Source of the DNA: Vulcanimicrobiota bacterium | GTDB taxonomy: Bacteria; Vulcanimicrobiota; Xenobia; Xenobiales; JADMJV01 | Assembly: GCA_050250895.1 (NCBI GenBank) | Contig: JBFWNU010000001.1 | Span: 1,480,008-1,544,007, forward strand | DNA: 64,000 bases | Direction: 5' to 3' | Shown: in pieces, positions 28,542-37,939 of the stretch | Position numbering within the stretch: the first letter of the stretch is position 1 | Layout: each line of letters starts with the position of its first letter | The notes under the pieces: model-generated | Database searches by the model: none | The model's input: only the letters and a program-made list of their open reading frames with translations | What the model was told of the DNA's origin: nothing | Made by a program: the position numbers and the translations under genes

Positions 28542-28970
28542 ATGGCGAAAACACTTTCGGCTGAAAAACTTCGTCAGATCCAGTCGATCATGGAGCGTGA
28601 TCCTCAGGCTTACTCCGAGATCGAGTTCGGTCTCTTGCGCCATGCCCAGGGCCAGCGCCGCGAGCAACTGGTCACTGGCCGGATGCTCAAACAGCAACAG
28701 CGCGAAAACGAGTTGCTCAAAAACCGCCTGGCCCTGGCCGAGAAGCGGCTGACCACCCTGGCACGGGCCTTGCACAGCGTTTGCGAGGCGGCCGGTAGAA
28801 GCCTCATCGACTGGGAGAGCGATCGCGAACTGGCCTGGATTTTCGGTATTTTGCGCGGCTGGGAAGACCTCGAAGACGAGTTGGCCGAGCGGTTCGCCTG
28901 GACTCCGTCGCAACGCGAACTGATCCAGCGTTATCGGGCCGGGCTACTCGAGATCTGTCAGGCCGAATAG
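28542..28970 (+). CDS. Hypothetical coiled-coil protein
   Basis: ATG 28542 downstream of the terminator; helical. Confidence 0.55.
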   Translation: MAKTLSAEKLRQIQSIMERDPQAYSEIEFGLLRHAQGQRREQLVTGRMLKQQQRENELLKNRLALAEKRLTTLARALHSVCEAAGRSLIDWESDRELAWIFGILRGWEDLEDELAERFAWTPSQRELIQRYRAGLLEICQAE

Positions 28971-29003
28971 TCGCAGGAAAAGTCGTGGGTTACGCCAACT
29001 GGC

Positions 29004-30560
29004 ATGCCTATGAAGCGATTTTTCCTGGTTCTGGTTTGCGTCTGTGTCATGGTCGGCTGTGGCGGGGGCGGCGGTGGTGGCGGCGGACAAGCGACGGGTG
29101 GTGGAGGTGCCGGAGGCGGTGCAGTGACACCTCCGCCTGTGTTGCTCACCCCCCGAACCTTCACGGTTCCCAACTTTGGGGCCAACCAGAAAGCTGTCTT
29201 CCTCAGTGGCCTGACCCCGCCCACGGATGCGGCGGGCGGAAACCAGACCATCCAGCTGGTCAGCAACAACCGCAGCCTCCCGACCGTGGCCAGGGCAGAA
29301 GAAGCGACGCCGGCCTCGACCTCGAACGAGCCGATCGGCTGCGGGATGGTGCTCTTGCGCGAAGAGCCGGTTCGGCCCACCGACCAGGCCCTGTCGAGAT
29401 CAGGCGTGCTGCCTCGCTTTCAAGAGCTGGCCGAGGGCAGCGTCGAAACCTTCTTTAGCTCGTTTACGGGCCAGACGATCACCACCCAGAAGGTGCTCGA
29501 GCCCAACGAGACCATTCGATGTACGATTTTCGCCGAGGTCGTCTCGGGGGCGCCAGTGGTTTCCAGGGCGCGGGCTCTGCAGATCGCCGAAGCTTTTGAC
29601 ACCGACAATCCGTTCTTGCCGGGACCGGGCGGGATTTACGACCAGGTGAGGGCCATCTATGGCTCGGAGTGGTCGGCCCTGGGAGGGCGCGACGGCGACG
29701 CCAAGATCGTGCTGGTATTCATGCGCTCGGCCAGCATTGGCGGAACCGGCTTGTTCGGCTTCTTCCGTCCCACCGACGCTTCGCTAAAGTCACAGATCGC
29801 CAACAGCAATGAAGGCGAAATCCTCTACCTCAACGCCGACCGCACCCTCGACGAGCAATTGGGCACCATCGCTCACGAGTTCAAGCATATGATCAGCTAC
29901 AATACCAAGGTCATCCGCCAGGGGGCCTTCCCGGCCAACGCTCCCTTCGAGAACCTGAGCGTCGAAGAAGGCCTGGCGGTATTGGCCGAGCAGCTCATCG
30001 GCTATACCATGGAGCGGGGAAACAGCTTTCAGTTCATCGTCTCGCGCAACTATCTACAGGCGCCCCAAAACTTTGATTTCTTCACTTTTTCGACTTCGAA
30101 TGCCGGCTACTACGGGCAGGGGTATCTGTTCTTCCGCTACGTGTTGGAACATTTCGGCCAGCAGACCATCACCAATATCGCGATGTCGACCAGCACTGGT
30201 CTGACCAACCTCAACCAGAATCTGGCCCCCGGGTTTGCCGAAGTGTTCCGGCGCTGGACAGTGGCCAACTATGTCTGCAACCTGGGCGGAACGCCGCCTA
30301 CCATCTACACCTATCCCAGCGGTTTTCGAACTCAGGGCAACATCCCCGCGGTGGGCACTTTGCCCGGGCCGGCGGTCCTTAATGCCCCCAACTCTGGAAC
30401 CTTCAGCACACCAGTCCAGGGCAATTGGTCGGCGGCCTACGTCGGCTATCAGAACGGCAATGGCACCGCCCTGGAGATTACGTTCACTCCGCCCGCCAAC
30501 AGTACTCAGCAGCTTCTCTTCGAGAATCCCACCGGCACCTTCACCAGTCTCCAAAACTAG
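29004..30560 (+). CDS. Lipoprotein zinc metallopeptidase (M30/M6-like)
   Basis: Lipobox VMVGC, GFF..D...SNEGEILYLN, HEFKH, EEGLA. Confidence 0.8.
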   Translation: MPMKRFFLVLVCVCVMVGCGGGGGGGGGQATGGGGAGGGAVTPPPVLLTPRTFTVPNFGANQKAVFLSGLTPPTDAAGGNQTIQLVSNNRSLPTVARAEEATPASTSNEPIGCGMVLLREEPVRPTDQALSRSGVLPRFQELAEGSVETFFSSFTGQTITTQKVLEPNETIRCTIFAEVVSGAPVVSRARALQIAEAFDTDNPFLPGPGGIYDQVRAIYGSEWSALGGRDGDAKIVLVFMRSASIGGTGLFGFFRPTDASLKSQIANSNEGEILYLNADRTLDEQLGTIAHEFKHMISYNTKVIRQGAFPANAPFENLSVEEGLAVLAEQLIGYTMERGNSFQFIVSRNYLQAPQNFDFFTFSTSNAGYYGQGYLFFRYVLEHFGQQTITNIAMSTSTGLTNLNQNLAPGFAEVFRRWTVANYVCNLGGTPPTIYTYPSGFRTQGNIPAVGTLPGPAVLNAPNSGTFSTPVQGNWSAAYVGYQNGNGTALEITFTPPANSTQQLLFENPTGTFTSLQN

Positions 30561-30970
30561 CGCTTGGTGCGGTCCCAGCTGATCACGCGCTCGGGCCGAA
30601 CTCGGATATAGACAAAGCCGTCGGGAATGCTGGTGGGGGGCTGTTCGCCTCGCTGGCTGGCGACTGCCTGCTTGAGGGCGAGCAGTTCTTTTCGCTCGCG
30701 AACGACCGTTGCATAGCCCTGGACGAGCACTCCGATCAATTCTCCGGTGCCACGGCCGCTTTCGAGCAGAAGCGACACTTTGGGGTTTCGGTCGATGTTT
30801 CGCACCTTGCGGGTGGCCGGCTTACAACCCATGTAGATGTCTGACCCGAGCACGAAATAACCCATGGGCACGCTGTGGGGAAAGCCGTCGGAGTCCAGGC
30901 TGGTCAGGATGATCCAGTGCTTCTTCTGGCCTAGGAACTCGGAAATTTCATCTTTGGTTAGATGGCGCAC
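30557..30970 (-). CDS. Pyridoxamine 5'-phosphate oxidase family (PPOX/FDOR-B) protein
   Basis: LTSLDSDGFPHSVPM, KVRNIDRNPKVSLL, GVLVQG, PERVISWD. Confidence 0.85.
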   Translation of the reverse strand: MRHLTKDEISEFLGQKKHWIILTSLDSDGFPHSVPMGYFVLGSDIYMGCKPATRKVRNIDRNPKVSLLLESGRGTGELIGVLVQGYATVVRERKELLALKQAVASQRGEQPPTSIPDGFVYIRVRPERVISWDRTKR

Positions 30971-31088
30971 AGACGTACTCCGTTCATAATCTCTTAATCT
31001 CAGGGCAAAAGGCCTCTTACCTTTTGACAACACCCTGGCCCTTCTACTGGCCTAGACTTTAAGCGTGGAGCCGGAAAGAAGGAACACG

Positions 31089-31334
31089 ATGATCGCCAGT
31101 TTCAACGCAGCCAACATGGCCGCCCGGTACCAAATGATGAGGTCGGACCTCGATCAGTCGAGGACCATCTATACTCAGATGGCCGCTGACGCTCAAAAGG
31201 AGGATGCCAAGCGCTGGAAGATTCTTAGCGATACTCAGACCAAGATCTTCGAGATTGTCAGTGACGTCACCGTCAACAAGGCCAAGACGCACGACAAGCT
31301 CTTTGAGCAGTGGGACAAGTACATCCGGTCGTAG
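31089..31334 (+). CDS. Small alpha-helical protein
   Basis: AAGGA RBS; 81 aa, amphipathic, no Pro/Gly/Cys. Confidence 0.7.
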   Translation: MIASFNAANMAARYQMMRSDLDQSRTIYTQMAADAQKEDAKRWKILSDTQTKIFEIVSDVTVNKAKTHDKLFEQWDKYIRS

Positions 31335-31336
31335 CC

Positions 31337-32560
31337 CTACAGGGCCGCCTTTTTCACGGTCGAGCCGAGAGCTTCGGGCACCCCCAACACGAGGGTGACC
31401 TTGGAGCCGCGGCGGTCGAGCGCGTAGAGGCGGCCCTTTTTCTTCCAGTTGCCGGCCTGGTGGCTGCCGTAGAGTTGGGTCAGCCCTGTGGTCATGAGCG
31501 TTTCGAACTCCTGGGCGTCATCGACGCTATCCCAAACGGTCGCCCACACCACAAAGCCTGCTTTGCCCCTGGCGTAGGCCCGATAGCAGTCGCCACCCCA
31601 GCCGCTGGCGGCCTCGAAGTTGGAGGCGCCGTACTCCTGGCAGAGAATGCGCACCGTAAATTCGCCGGCATGGTTTTCAGCCACCGACTTGTAGCCGCCG
31701 AAGCTGCTGGGCAGCCGGCTCAGCGAGATTTTCTGAGGCGGGTCGTTACCACGGAGGTATTTACCGGGGTGATAGATCTGCTCGCTCGAGGCGGGCGGTT
31801 GGCGCAGCGCCCGGTCGACCGCCTTCCAACCTCCTTGCTTGCGCAGGGCTGTGGCGAACACCATGCCCTGGGCGTAGGGGGCCGAGAGGACCTCTCGAAA
31901 GTAGCGCGGGGCCGAGGCCAGAGCGGGATCGCTCAGCGAAAGCAAACTGGGGTCCATGCCAGCCACGCCCGCGTCACCCAGGCTCTCGAGTTGCTCGGTC
32001 GAGATTCCCAGCTTACCCATGGCATAGTCCATCATGAGCAAGCTGGCATCGCCTTCGATCACCGCCTGAGCGGCAAAACTGGCATCGGTCGAAGTGGCCG
32101 TCTTTCGGGCGATCTTCTCGAGGTCGAAATGCTGATCTTGAATGGCGTGGCCGAGTTCGTGAACGGTGAAAAGATCGGTCAGGTCCAGCCCCAGGGCAGC
32201 GCCGACATCGGGCAAGTTGGCGTCTTTGACCACGATGTATCGCTTCTTGGCGGGGTCGTACAGGCCGCGAACCTGGCTGGCGTAGAGGGTGCGCAAGATG
32301 GTGCGAATCGACCCGCTCTCGGGCATCAGCCCCAGGCTCTTGAGAAAGAACTCTTGAGCGGCCGTGAGGTCGGGGTCCAATTCTGCGTCGAGCAGTTTGA
32401 GGACATAGTCTGCGGCCTGCTTCTGACTGACCACGGAGCTGGGGATTTTTCGGTATGACAATTCGCGCAGGCGGCCGGCTTCGGCCCCCAGAGCCCCGAG
32501 ATCGGGTTGGGCCAGCGCGGCCGCGGACAACAGTAAGAAGAGGATGGACAGGTGGCGCAT
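31337..32560 (-). CDS. Secreted putative zinc metallopeptidase
   Basis: Signal peptide, GLYDP, HELGHAIQDQHF, EGDA, SSEQIYHP, GWGGD. Confidence 0.8.
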   Translation of the reverse strand: MRHLSILFLLLSAAALAQPDLGALGAEAGRLRELSYRKIPSSVVSQKQAADYVLKLLDAELDPDLTAAQEFFLKSLGLMPESGSIRTILRTLYASQVRGLYDPAKKRYIVVKDANLPDVGAALGLDLTDLFTVHELGHAIQDQHFDLEKIARKTATSTDASFAAQAVIEGDASLLMMDYAMGKLGISTEQLESLGDAGVAGMDPSLLSLSDPALASAPRYFREVLSAPYAQGMVFATALRKQGGWKAVDRALRQPPASSEQIYHPGKYLRGNDPPQKISLSRLPSSFGGYKSVAENHAGEFTVRILCQEYGASNFEAASGWGGDCYRAYARGKAGFVVWATVWDSVDDAQEFETLMTTGLTQLYGSHQAGNWKKKGRLYALDRRGSKVTLVLGVPEALGSTVKKAAL

Positions 32561-32597
32561 GAGGGCCCAATTCTGGTCAGCGGTAGGGAACCCCTGG

Positions 32598-32806
32598 AAA
32601 TGAAACGGGCGACCCTCGCGGGTCGCCCGCCATCGGAGGTTTGCGTATTTCTACGCGCCCACCCCTCCGCGGGTGGGTGTTATACTGTCGTAAATGGCAC
32701 CCACCTCCCTTCCTGTCGCGTTCTTCGTCGACATACGGACGCTGGGGTCGGTCCACCCCTGTCCGCTTCGCAGCCAGGACCGTTGGCTACGAGAACTTTT
32801 CAAGTC
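32598..32806 (-). ncRNA. Candidate structured small RNA or leader
   Basis: Bounded by a near-consensus promoter and a GNRA-capped terminator hairpin; several internal stems. Confidence 0.55.
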
Positions 32807-32812
32807 GCGAAA

Positions 32813-32841
32813 ATTGTAACAAACGTGTGAACGCTAGTCAA
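32813..32841 (-). promoter_or_regulatory. Sigma70-type promoter
   Basis: TTGACT-N17-TACAAT with extended -10 TG on the minus strand. Confidence 0.75.
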
Positions 32842-33679
32842 GAGTTTGAGCCTGTGGGAGAGGCGTAAATATCTCTTGAAGTTGGCGGGCCGCCGAGGGG
32901 GCTCTCAGAGTGGGCCGCACCAGGGGGTCAGAGTCAATCCTGAAGACCCTCTGTTGCTGCACTGCGCGTAAGTTAGACCAACCGGGCAAGCGGGCCGCCT
33001 CGGTCGGGTCGAGGGTCGTGAGGACAATCACATCCGGGTCTCTTAGCAAAAGATCCTCATGGGACACGTTGGGATAGCCGTCAAGTTCAGAGAAGATGTT
33101 CTTCCCGCCGGCCAGGGTGATCAACTGGTCGACGAAGGAGCCCCCTCCGGCGGTCATCAGCGGGGTGCTCCAAATCTCGATGAAGACTCGCGGGGCCGGC
33201 TGTTTGCTGGCTCGCTCACGAATCTCGGTGACCTCGCGTTCAAATTTGTCCACCAGTTGCCGGGCCCGAGCTTGCTTGCCCACGATCTCTCCCAGTTCGA
33301 GGACCTGCTCTGGCAGGCGGTCCAGGTCGGCCGTGGCCAGGGCTCGACAGGGCACGCGCAAACTCTCCAGGCGCGCTTGCTGGGTGTTGAAGCCGGGGTC
33401 GAGCAGAACCAGATCGGGACGCAGCGAGACAACCTTTTCGTAGTTGATGTTCATGTCTCCGACCGAAGGTCGGGCTTTGACCTCGGGGGGAAAATCATCG
33501 TTGTCGGTGACACCCACCACCGACTCGCCCGCCCCCAGGGCAAAAAGAAGCTCGGTCAGGCTGGGGACCAAAGAGACAATGCGCCGGGGCGTGTCGGGGC
33601 TGGCGGCCGGACGAGGCGAATCGGGCGAGCAGCCTGCTAGCAGCAGGGCGGTGACGAATATCAGCCAGAAGTCTCTCAT
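32834..33679 (-). CDS. btuF: Cobalamin ABC transporter substrate-binding lipoprotein (BtuF-like)
   Basis: LAGC lipobox, RIVSLVPSLTELLFALG, LAGG.N.F; downstream of a B12 riboswitch. Confidence 0.85.
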   Translation of the reverse strand: MRDFWLIFVTALLLAGCSPDSPRPAASPDTPRRIVSLVPSLTELLFALGAGESVVGVTDNDDFPPEVKARPSVGDMNINYEKVVSLRPDLVLLDPGFNTQQARLESLRVPCRALATADLDRLPEQVLELGEIVGKQARARQLVDKFEREVTEIRERASKQPAPRVFIEIWSTPLMTAGGGSFVDQLITLAGGKNIFSELDGYPNVSHEDLLLRDPDVIVLTTLDPTEAARLPGWSNLRAVQQQRVFRIDSDPLVRPTLRAPSAARQLQEIFTPLPQAQTLD

Positions 33680-33739
33680 CGTTACAACAAGCAGATCTGG
33701 CTGCATCGGGTGACGCTCTTGTCCGGAGTCTGCCGAATG

Positions 33740-33885
33740 CTCGCAATCGGTCTCCTGACTCTCGGCTCGACGCCTGACACCCCCTTCCCCACGATGGTGC
33801 AGGTGGATCTTGGTGCGGCTCCCCGATTACAGTGGCGGCAACCGTGCCGGATTCACACCGGCTTCCCGTGCATTGCGAACCTTGA
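33740..33885 (-). ncRNA. Cobalamin riboswitch
   Basis: Minus strand reads GGGAAGCCGGTGTGAATCCGGCACGGTTGCCGCCACTGTAA...GGGAAG...AGTCAGGAGACC (B12 box). Confidence 0.93.
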
Positions 33886-33970
33886 TCTATTCCGGCTCGA
33901 GAAAGAGCGGACCTGCCCAGGCCCTGTCAAAAATCAGGGACGCATCTGAGGCCTATTCTTAGCCGGGCCC

Positions 33971-36900
33971 TTAGCGGGTCCCGGCCTTGAGCAGGTCGAC
34001 CACGTAACGGCCCAGCAGCTTGGTCTGAGCCGTCGAGAGTTCCACGAACTGAACGCTGTGATGCCAGCCGTGTTCGGGATGCTCGCGCGATTGCAGCACC
34101 TCGCAGAGCACATCCAGACCCTCGTGGATTCCGAAAGACTCGACGCTGAGGGTGATGCGATCTCCGGGCGAGAAGGCTTGCTGGCAACCCAGCAGGGCTC
34201 CACCCAGTCCGAGGTCGAGACAGGTTCCAGCCACCTTGCTCCCATCGGGCAGGACCAGATCCACCGCCAGATTGGCTGGGGCACGAGTGAATTTGCGCTG
34301 ATTGAAGACCTTGGATTGCATGCCCACTTTGTTGAGCAGCGAGACGACCCAACTGCGGCCGAGCACCTCGGGAGATTCGCTAAACTGCAATCCGGCTTCC
34401 ATCACGCCGGCGTCGGACACCTTGAACCAGACCACCGTGGCGGCCACGCGGTCGTCGGGGTCGTCTTCGCCCCGATAGGGGTTGCTGATGTGCAGGGTCT
34501 GGCCGCGGTTGACCTGGCGCGAAACCACCAGGCGCATACCACCCAGGCTGATGTCCTTGATGGTGGCGTGAAAAATCTGGTTGCCGAAGAAGCAGTTGAC
34601 GTCGTACTCGCAGGAGAGGCGGACCAGACGACGGCGCTCCTGAGGGCTAGCGCCGGGGGAGGCGACGGGAGTGGCCACTCCATCCTTGATGGCCGATAAG
34701 ATACCCTCGCGGGTGCCTCCATCGCCTTGTTCCTGCACGCTTTTGAGTGCCTCGAGAATAGTCGAGCGATACTCGTCGGGAGGCTGCTGCAGTCGCGGCA
34801 CCTCGTTGTCGACGGGGGCCAGTAGCTCTTCTTTCGAAGGCTCCGGCTCTTCTTCAGGCGCTTCGCTCTCGGCCTCTTCTTCGACGGGCTCGGGGACCAG
34901 TTCCTCAAGGTCGGCTACGGCCTCGACCTCGGGAGCCGGGCCGGGGGCCTCGAACAGGGCGTCTCCCAGATCGAGTGTGGCGGGCCCGGCAAACAAGGCG
35001 TCTTGAGTGTCAGCGGGACCCTGCAACAGGGCGGGGCCCTCGAGCTGAGCCACGTCACTCTCTGGGACCCCTTGAAGGGTTTCTTCGGCCTCGGGAGCTA
35101 CCAGGTCGGCACGCGGTTGCTCCACCTCTGGGGCCGGGGCTTCCTGCTCGGACTCCTCGGCTACTACTTCGACGGGCTCGGCACCCTCGTCCTCGAGAGC
35201 CAGCTCGTCTTCACCAGAGTCCTCGACACCGTCGTCTTCTAGCGCGAGTTCGTCGTCCTCGGAGTCTTCGACCGCGTCGTCCTCCAGGGCCACTTCGTCT
35301 TCTTCAGAGTCCTCGACGTCGTCGTCTTCTAGCGCGAGTTCGTCTTCCTCGGAGTCTTCGACGGCGTCGTCCTCTAAGGCAAGCTCTTCTTCCTCAGAAT
35401 CCTCCAGGTCTTCATCCTCGAGGGCAAGTTCATCCTCTTCAGCTTCTTCGCCATGCACTTCGGCCTCGAGGTCCGCGTCAAGCACGAGGTCATCTTCTTC
35501 GAGTTCGAGTTCTTCACCGATCTCGTCGATGTCTTCCAGGGCGAGCTCTTCTTCGATAGAAGCCTCATCCTCGGGCTCCAGAGCCAGCTCTTCGTCGGTG
35601 AGGGCCAGTTCCTCGTCTTCTAGCTCGAGCTCTTCGTCAAGACCCAAATCCTCTTCGAGTTCGGCTTCTTCGAGGGCCAACTCGTCTTCCAGACCCAGTT
35701 CCTCGTCCTCGAGGTCGAGTTCGTCGTCTTCCAGCGCAAGCTCTTCGTCTTCCAGCCCGAGTTCGTCCTCGATGGAAGCTTCCTCTTCGGGCCCGAGGGC
35801 GAGTTCCTCGTCCTCCAGGTCGAGTTCCTCGTCTTCAGGAGCGAGTTCGTCTTCGGCCGACTCTTCGCCGTCGTCTTCCAGGTCGAGGCTCTCGTCTTCA
35901 AGAACCAATTCGTCCTCGACGGGCGCTTCTTCGGCGACTTCGTCTTCGAGGTCAAGCTCTTCGTCCTCGAGGTCAAGCTCGTCGTCTTCGAGGGCCAGCT
36001 CGTCTTCGCCGGACTCTTCGTCTTCGAGGTCGAGTTCTTCGTCCTCGAGAGCCAGCTCGTCTTCGCCAGATTCTTCTTCGGCTTCTTCGTCCTCAAGGTC
36101 GAGTTCTTCGCCTTCGAGGGCCAGCTCGTCTTCGCCGGACTCTTCGTCTTCGAGGTCGAGTTCTTCGTCCTCGAGGGCCAGCTCGTCGTCGCCAGATTCT
36201 TCCTCGACTTCTTCGTCCTCAAGGTCGAGTTCTTCGTCTTCGAGGGCCAGCTCATCTTCCCCAGGCTCTGCGGGCGCCTCGGCCACCTCGACCTCGAGGT
36301 CCAGTTCCTCGTCTTCGAGATCGAGCTCTTCGTCCTCGAGGTCCAGTTCTTCTTCGGGCGATTCTTCTTCAGCTTCGGCGACCTCCAGCTGGGCCCCGAT
36401 GGCGTCGATGTCTTCGAGTTCAAGCTCCGCGGGGGCCGGCTCCGGCTCCCCCGATTCCTCTTCGTCCTCGAGATCGAGTTCGTCTTCTTCGACCTCTTCG
36501 TCTTCTAGAGCTAGCTCGTCTTCCTCAGACTCCTCGACCTCTTCGTCCTCGAGGTCGAGTTCTTCGTCCTCAGACTCCTCTTCGACCTCGTCGTGCTCGA
36601 GAGCCAGTTCCTCTTCCTCGGACTCCTCGTCCTCGAGAGCTTCCTCGTCTTCCTCGACATCATCGTCTTCGAGGCCAAGTGCATCTGCCTCGGACTCTTC
36701 CTCGACGTCATCTTCTTCAAGGTCTAGCTCTTCATCGTCTTCTTCCTCTTCCTCGGACTCCTCGACATCGTCATCCTCGAGGTCGAGGTCGTCTTCGTCT
36801 TCTTCTAGTTCGTCCAGCTCGAGTTGGGGGATATCCAGCAGGGTCGGTTCGGGCCGTTCTTCGCGCGTCCGAAAGGCGATCTGGTCGAGAGGCTCGTCGT

Positions 36901-37756
36901 AATCGTCCTCCTCCTCGTCCTCTTCGTCTTCGGCCTCGTCGTCGTACTCTTCATCTTCGTCTTCGTCTTCATCGTACTCTTCATCTTCGTCTTCGTCTTC
37001 GTCTTCGGCCTCGACCTCGTCGTCGTCTTCCTCGAAGTCTTCGTCTTCCTCGAAGTCTTCGTCTTCCTCGAAGTCTTCGTCTTCCTCGTAATCTTCGTCT
37101 TCCTCAACGTCGTCTTCGAAAAGCTCCTCGCTGTCGAAGTATTGCTCGAAGTCGTCTGGCTCCTGGTATTCTTCGACTTCTTCGAACGAGTCATAGCGCT
37201 CGAGCGACTCGAAACGGCGAAAGTGGCGTTCGATCGACTCCATCTCGTCAGGGCCGCGCTCGAAGGAGGTGTAGTAGAGGGGATCCTCGATGCCGACGCC
37301 ACGGAAGTAGTCTCGGAATGAGGGCAGCGGCTCCTGATCGTCGGGTTCGAAACGGCGGCGGCCGCGCCCGCTCGGGGCCGGTCCGCGGGTGGAAAAGATC
37401 TGGGGCATTTCGACCAACCCGGCCAGCAAGCCCATCAAGCGGGCGCGCTCTTCTTCCGCTTCCCAGATCATTTGCTGGATCAGGCGGGTAGATTTGCCGC
37501 TCTCCTGGCGTTCGGAGAGGTCGGTGCGCAGTTTACGCAGGATCGATTCTACGTCAGAGAGCCGGTCGCGGAGGTTCTCGAGGCGCAGAATGGCAAGACG
37601 GTCACTGGCGAAGTCAATAAGACCCTTCAGTTCCCGCTCTTCGTTCTCCAAGCCGGGCGCCGGCCGGTCTTCCTGGCTTTCTATCGCCAGTTCTTCAAAG
37701 ACCTCAGCCTGCTTCCTCAGCCAGGACGAAACTCTTGATGAATCGAACTCTGGCAT
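33971..37756 (-). CDS. Giant acidic-repeat protein with N-terminal helical domain and C-terminal tandem PilZ
   Basis: 1261 aa; E/D/L repeats; RRRLVR...DISLGG and RKFTR...DLGLGG. Confidence 0.85.
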   Translation of the reverse strand: MPEFDSSRVSSWLRKQAEVFEELAIESQEDRPAPGLENEERELKGLIDFASDRLAILRLENLRDRLSDVESILRKLRTDLSERQESGKSTRLIQQMIWEAEEERARLMGLLAGLVEMPQIFSTRGPAPSGRGRRRFEPDDQEPLPSFRDYFRGVGIEDPLYYTSFERGPDEMESIERHFRRFESLERYDSFEEVEEYQEPDDFEQYFDSEELFEDDVEEDEDYEEDEDFEEDEDFEEDEDFEEDDDEVEAEDEDEDEDEEYDEDEDEDEEYDDEAEDEEDEEEDDYDEPLDQIAFRTREERPEPTLLDIPQLELDELEEDEDDLDLEDDDVEESEEEEEDDEELDLEEDDVEEESEADALGLEDDDVEEDEEALEDEESEEEELALEHDEVEEESEDEELDLEDEEVEESEEDELALEDEEVEEDELDLEDEEESGEPEPAPAELELEDIDAIGAQLEVAEAEEESPEEELDLEDEELDLEDEELDLEVEVAEAPAEPGEDELALEDEELDLEDEEVEEESGDDELALEDEELDLEDEESGEDELALEGEELDLEDEEAEEESGEDELALEDEELDLEDEESGEDELALEDDELDLEDEELDLEDEVAEEAPVEDELVLEDESLDLEDDGEESAEDELAPEDEELDLEDEELALGPEEEASIEDELGLEDEELALEDDELDLEDEELGLEDELALEEAELEEDLGLDEELELEDEELALTDEELALEPEDEASIEEELALEDIDEIGEELELEEDDLVLDADLEAEVHGEEAEEDELALEDEDLEDSEEEELALEDDAVEDSEEDELALEDDDVEDSEEDEVALEDDAVEDSEDDELALEDDGVEDSGEDELALEDEGAEPVEVVAEESEQEAPAPEVEQPRADLVAPEAEETLQGVPESDVAQLEGPALLQGPADTQDALFAGPATLDLGDALFEAPGPAPEVEAVADLEELVPEPVEEEAESEAPEEEPEPSKEELLAPVDNEVPRLQQPPDEYRSTILEALKSVQEQGDGGTREGILSAIKDGVATPVASPGASPQERRRLVRLSCEYDVNCFFGNQIFHATIKDISLGGMRLVVSRQVNRGQTLHISNPYRGEDDPDDRVAATVVWFKVSDAGVMEAGLQFSESPEVLGRSWVVSLLNKVGMQSKVFNQRKFTRAPANLAVDLVLPDGSKVAGTCLDLGLGGALLGCQQAFSPGDRITLSVESFGIHEGLDVLCEVLQSREHPEHGWHHSVQFVELSTAQTKLLGRYVVDLLKAGTR
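34800..37190 (-). repeat. Coding acidic repeat tract (ELALEDEELDLEDEE-like units)
   Basis: Degenerate repeats; perfect 18-nt tandem units (EEDEDF) near 37024-37088. Confidence 0.85.
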
Positions 37757-37939
37757 CCCCTTAGCGAGCGAGGCTGACCCGGTGCGCCCGAACGGTGGGC
37801 TCCCCTCGCCCTAACACGATCCCCTTACGGCTACGTAGTTAGCATATGCAACGAATTCCGTTCAAGTCGGCTCGATGCCATCCCTGCTAAACGAAGCAAT
37901 TTTTAGAACAAATGTTCCCCTTTGGGAGGGGACTTGGCC

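Noticed and set aside
35529-36902. 457-aa poly-Ser ORF, and the Phe/Val-rich ORF at 36824-37321
   Set aside because: Antisense shadows of the Glu/Asp codon repeats of the real minus-strand gene
34800-37190. Repeat tract as a CRISPR array
   Set aside because: The repeats are in-frame, degenerate and coding, with no constant repeat/unique spacer pattern and no cas genes
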